Below the pieces are notes generated by a model. That model worked only from the letters and a program-made list of their open reading frames with translations, was not told the origin of the DNA and did no database searches. A DNA stretch of 64,000 bases from positions 8,742,001-8,806,000 of the forward strand of contig CM102289.1 of the NCBI GenBank assembly GCA_046563655.1, read 5' to 3'. How positions within the stretch are numbered: position 1 is the stretch's first letter; each line of letters starts with the position of its first letter. The DNA comes from Yuukianura sp. NJ FZ-2021 (lineage: Eukaryota). A program made the translations under genes and the position numbers. Positions 62,456 through 64,000 of the stretch are shown piece after piece.

Positions 62456-63679
62456 AACTTTCACTTTGTGCCATTTTGTTTTCACCGCATTCAAGACATT
62501 GGCCACTTTTTTAAAAAATTCACCGTGTTTTTACGACTGAAGTAAACTGACCGAATCATGTTCGAATCTAATTGAAACGAAAGTAAAATTTTTATTTCAA
62601 TGGCGGGAATTTTCAAAAAACATATTTAGAAAAGACGTTTTTTTTTGAGTTTAGAGGAAAAGAGAAAGGGTTAATTTTTCTCGTCACTTGAGTTAGCACT
62701 CGAATGATTTTTTTTTGGCTTTCTTTTTTTTTTTTTTAGTTTTTTTTTTTTAGAAAAGTTTTCCATTTTGGTTTTTTCTTGGGCTCTACTGGTTTTAGTT
62801 GGAGAAAGTCGGGCTGGTTTCGAAGCTTAGTTTTTCAGCTTTCCAGCGTTCTATTTGCTATGCATGTAAAGTAAAACGAGAAAAGAAGAAGGTTAGGTTA
62901 AAGCTCTACGACGTCAGTTGAAAGACTCATTCTGCCGGAATTCTACCCAATTTACATTATTCACGTGAATTCAAATGAGGGTGGCATTCTAGTACTTACT
63001 AGAGACGTAGAGCAGCACACTAGACACTTGAGGACTTTCAGAATTTCAGAGTTGAAGAGAAAAAAAATTGGAGAAAGTTCTTAATGCATGAATTCTTTCT
63101 CCTCCTGCTAGCTACTGCTTTCGCTTTCAAAAAAAATCAAGGAAAAAGGCTTGGAGGACTTCTTAGCTTTTGGCAAAGAAAAAAAAAGCTCTCTTCTTTG
63201 TCAAGATTCAAAGACGAAGAAGATGAGGACGAAATCCACTTCAACTTTAATCAAACTTGGCGCATTTTTTTTCAAAACGTAAGACAGGCATGTTTATTTG
63301 ATTTAAAATGTCGACTTGCTCTCACCTTCTACTTTCTCTCCTACTTTTTTTCTTGAGTGAACGTTTGATCTCTGAAGCGTGATATTAAAAACTTCCCAGT
63401 TGAGTCCCTCTCTCCAACGCACTTTAATCATAAAAATTCTAATTTGCCCATGGCTGAATTTTAAACATTTTTGGAGGTTTCTTTCTTTACTTTCATTATT
63501 TCCGCTTCACAGAATCACTTAATTAGAGAAAGTAAACCGCTCATTAGACGCCAGAAAAAACTCAAGTTTTCACTTTTTTGTTGGAACAAATGTTTGACCT
63601 CCTTTTTATTCAAATTCTTTTAAAACTCTGCATTTTTTTTGACTTTTTTTGAATGTTGATAATTCCCGCCATTTCTTCT

Positions 63680-64000
63680 TTACTTTTTAGTCGAAACCGG
63701 AGCGACCTCTCCCGGTTCTATAATCTTCACACGCATAGTGGAATCAGGACGACGATGGAGTATGCTTGACTTTGGCGTTGCCGCTAAAGAACCAATTGAT
63801 TTGTCTTCAAAAATTGTCTTATTGTCCAGGTTATCCAGATTTTCTCGTTTCACTTTCGTGTCTGCTATGGTTTGTTTCATTGGATAACGTTTTGGATTTC
63901 GCAGAACTTGAAAAGCCTTGATAATTTCTGCGCCGATAACGACATCACGGAATGCTTTTCTGGTCTTCCTAACTTTCCGAATGATTTCAAGTGTTTGAAA
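63680..64000 (-). CDS. probable 3' terminal coding exon of an unidentified gene entering from the right edge
   Basis: Frame is open from the window end to TAA at 63680 (107 codons, FQTLEIIRKVRKTRKAFRDVVIGAEIIKAFQVLRNPKRYPMKQ...PVSTKK) with coding-like composition. No family recognised. Confidence 0.5.
   Translation of the reverse strand, partial: FQTLEIIRKVRKTRKAFRDVVIGAEIIKAFQVLRNPKRYPMKQTIADTKVKRENLDNLDNKTIFEDKSIGSLAATPKSSILHRRPDSTMRVKIIEPGEVAPVSTKK

Overview
Eukaryotic, AT-rich, arthropod-like genomic DNA with spliceosomal GT-AG introns. No prokaryotic operons or CRISPR arrays are present, and almost all short ORFs in the supplied track are noise. All genes I can build are on the minus strand. 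(1) The 5' half of a groucho/TLE co-repressor gene (Q domain and GP region) runs from an ATG at 37228 to at least 1443 and continues off the left edge. Its Q-domain exon 3 is present as two intact 64-nt copies (28085-28148 and 23057-23120) that can only be used mutually exclusively; this is the most notable feature. (2) A 10-exon secreted protein of about 1664 aa (57237-49762) has six peritrophin-A/CBM14 chitin-binding domains separated by Gln/Gly/Ser/Asn repeat arrays and a Thr-rich mucin tract. (3) A 3-exon, 165-aa single-pass membrane protein (59382-58666) ends in a PPPTYSSL PY/endocytosis motif. (4) The probable last exon of an unidentified gene lies at the right edge. The introns and intergenic DNA contain a hAT-type MITE with an 8-bp TSD, three TA-flanked CCGTAA-ended MITEs, tRNA-like/SINE remnants, short palindromes and microsatellites. 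Gene models were assembled by eye from splice signals and phase continuity and have no transcript support.
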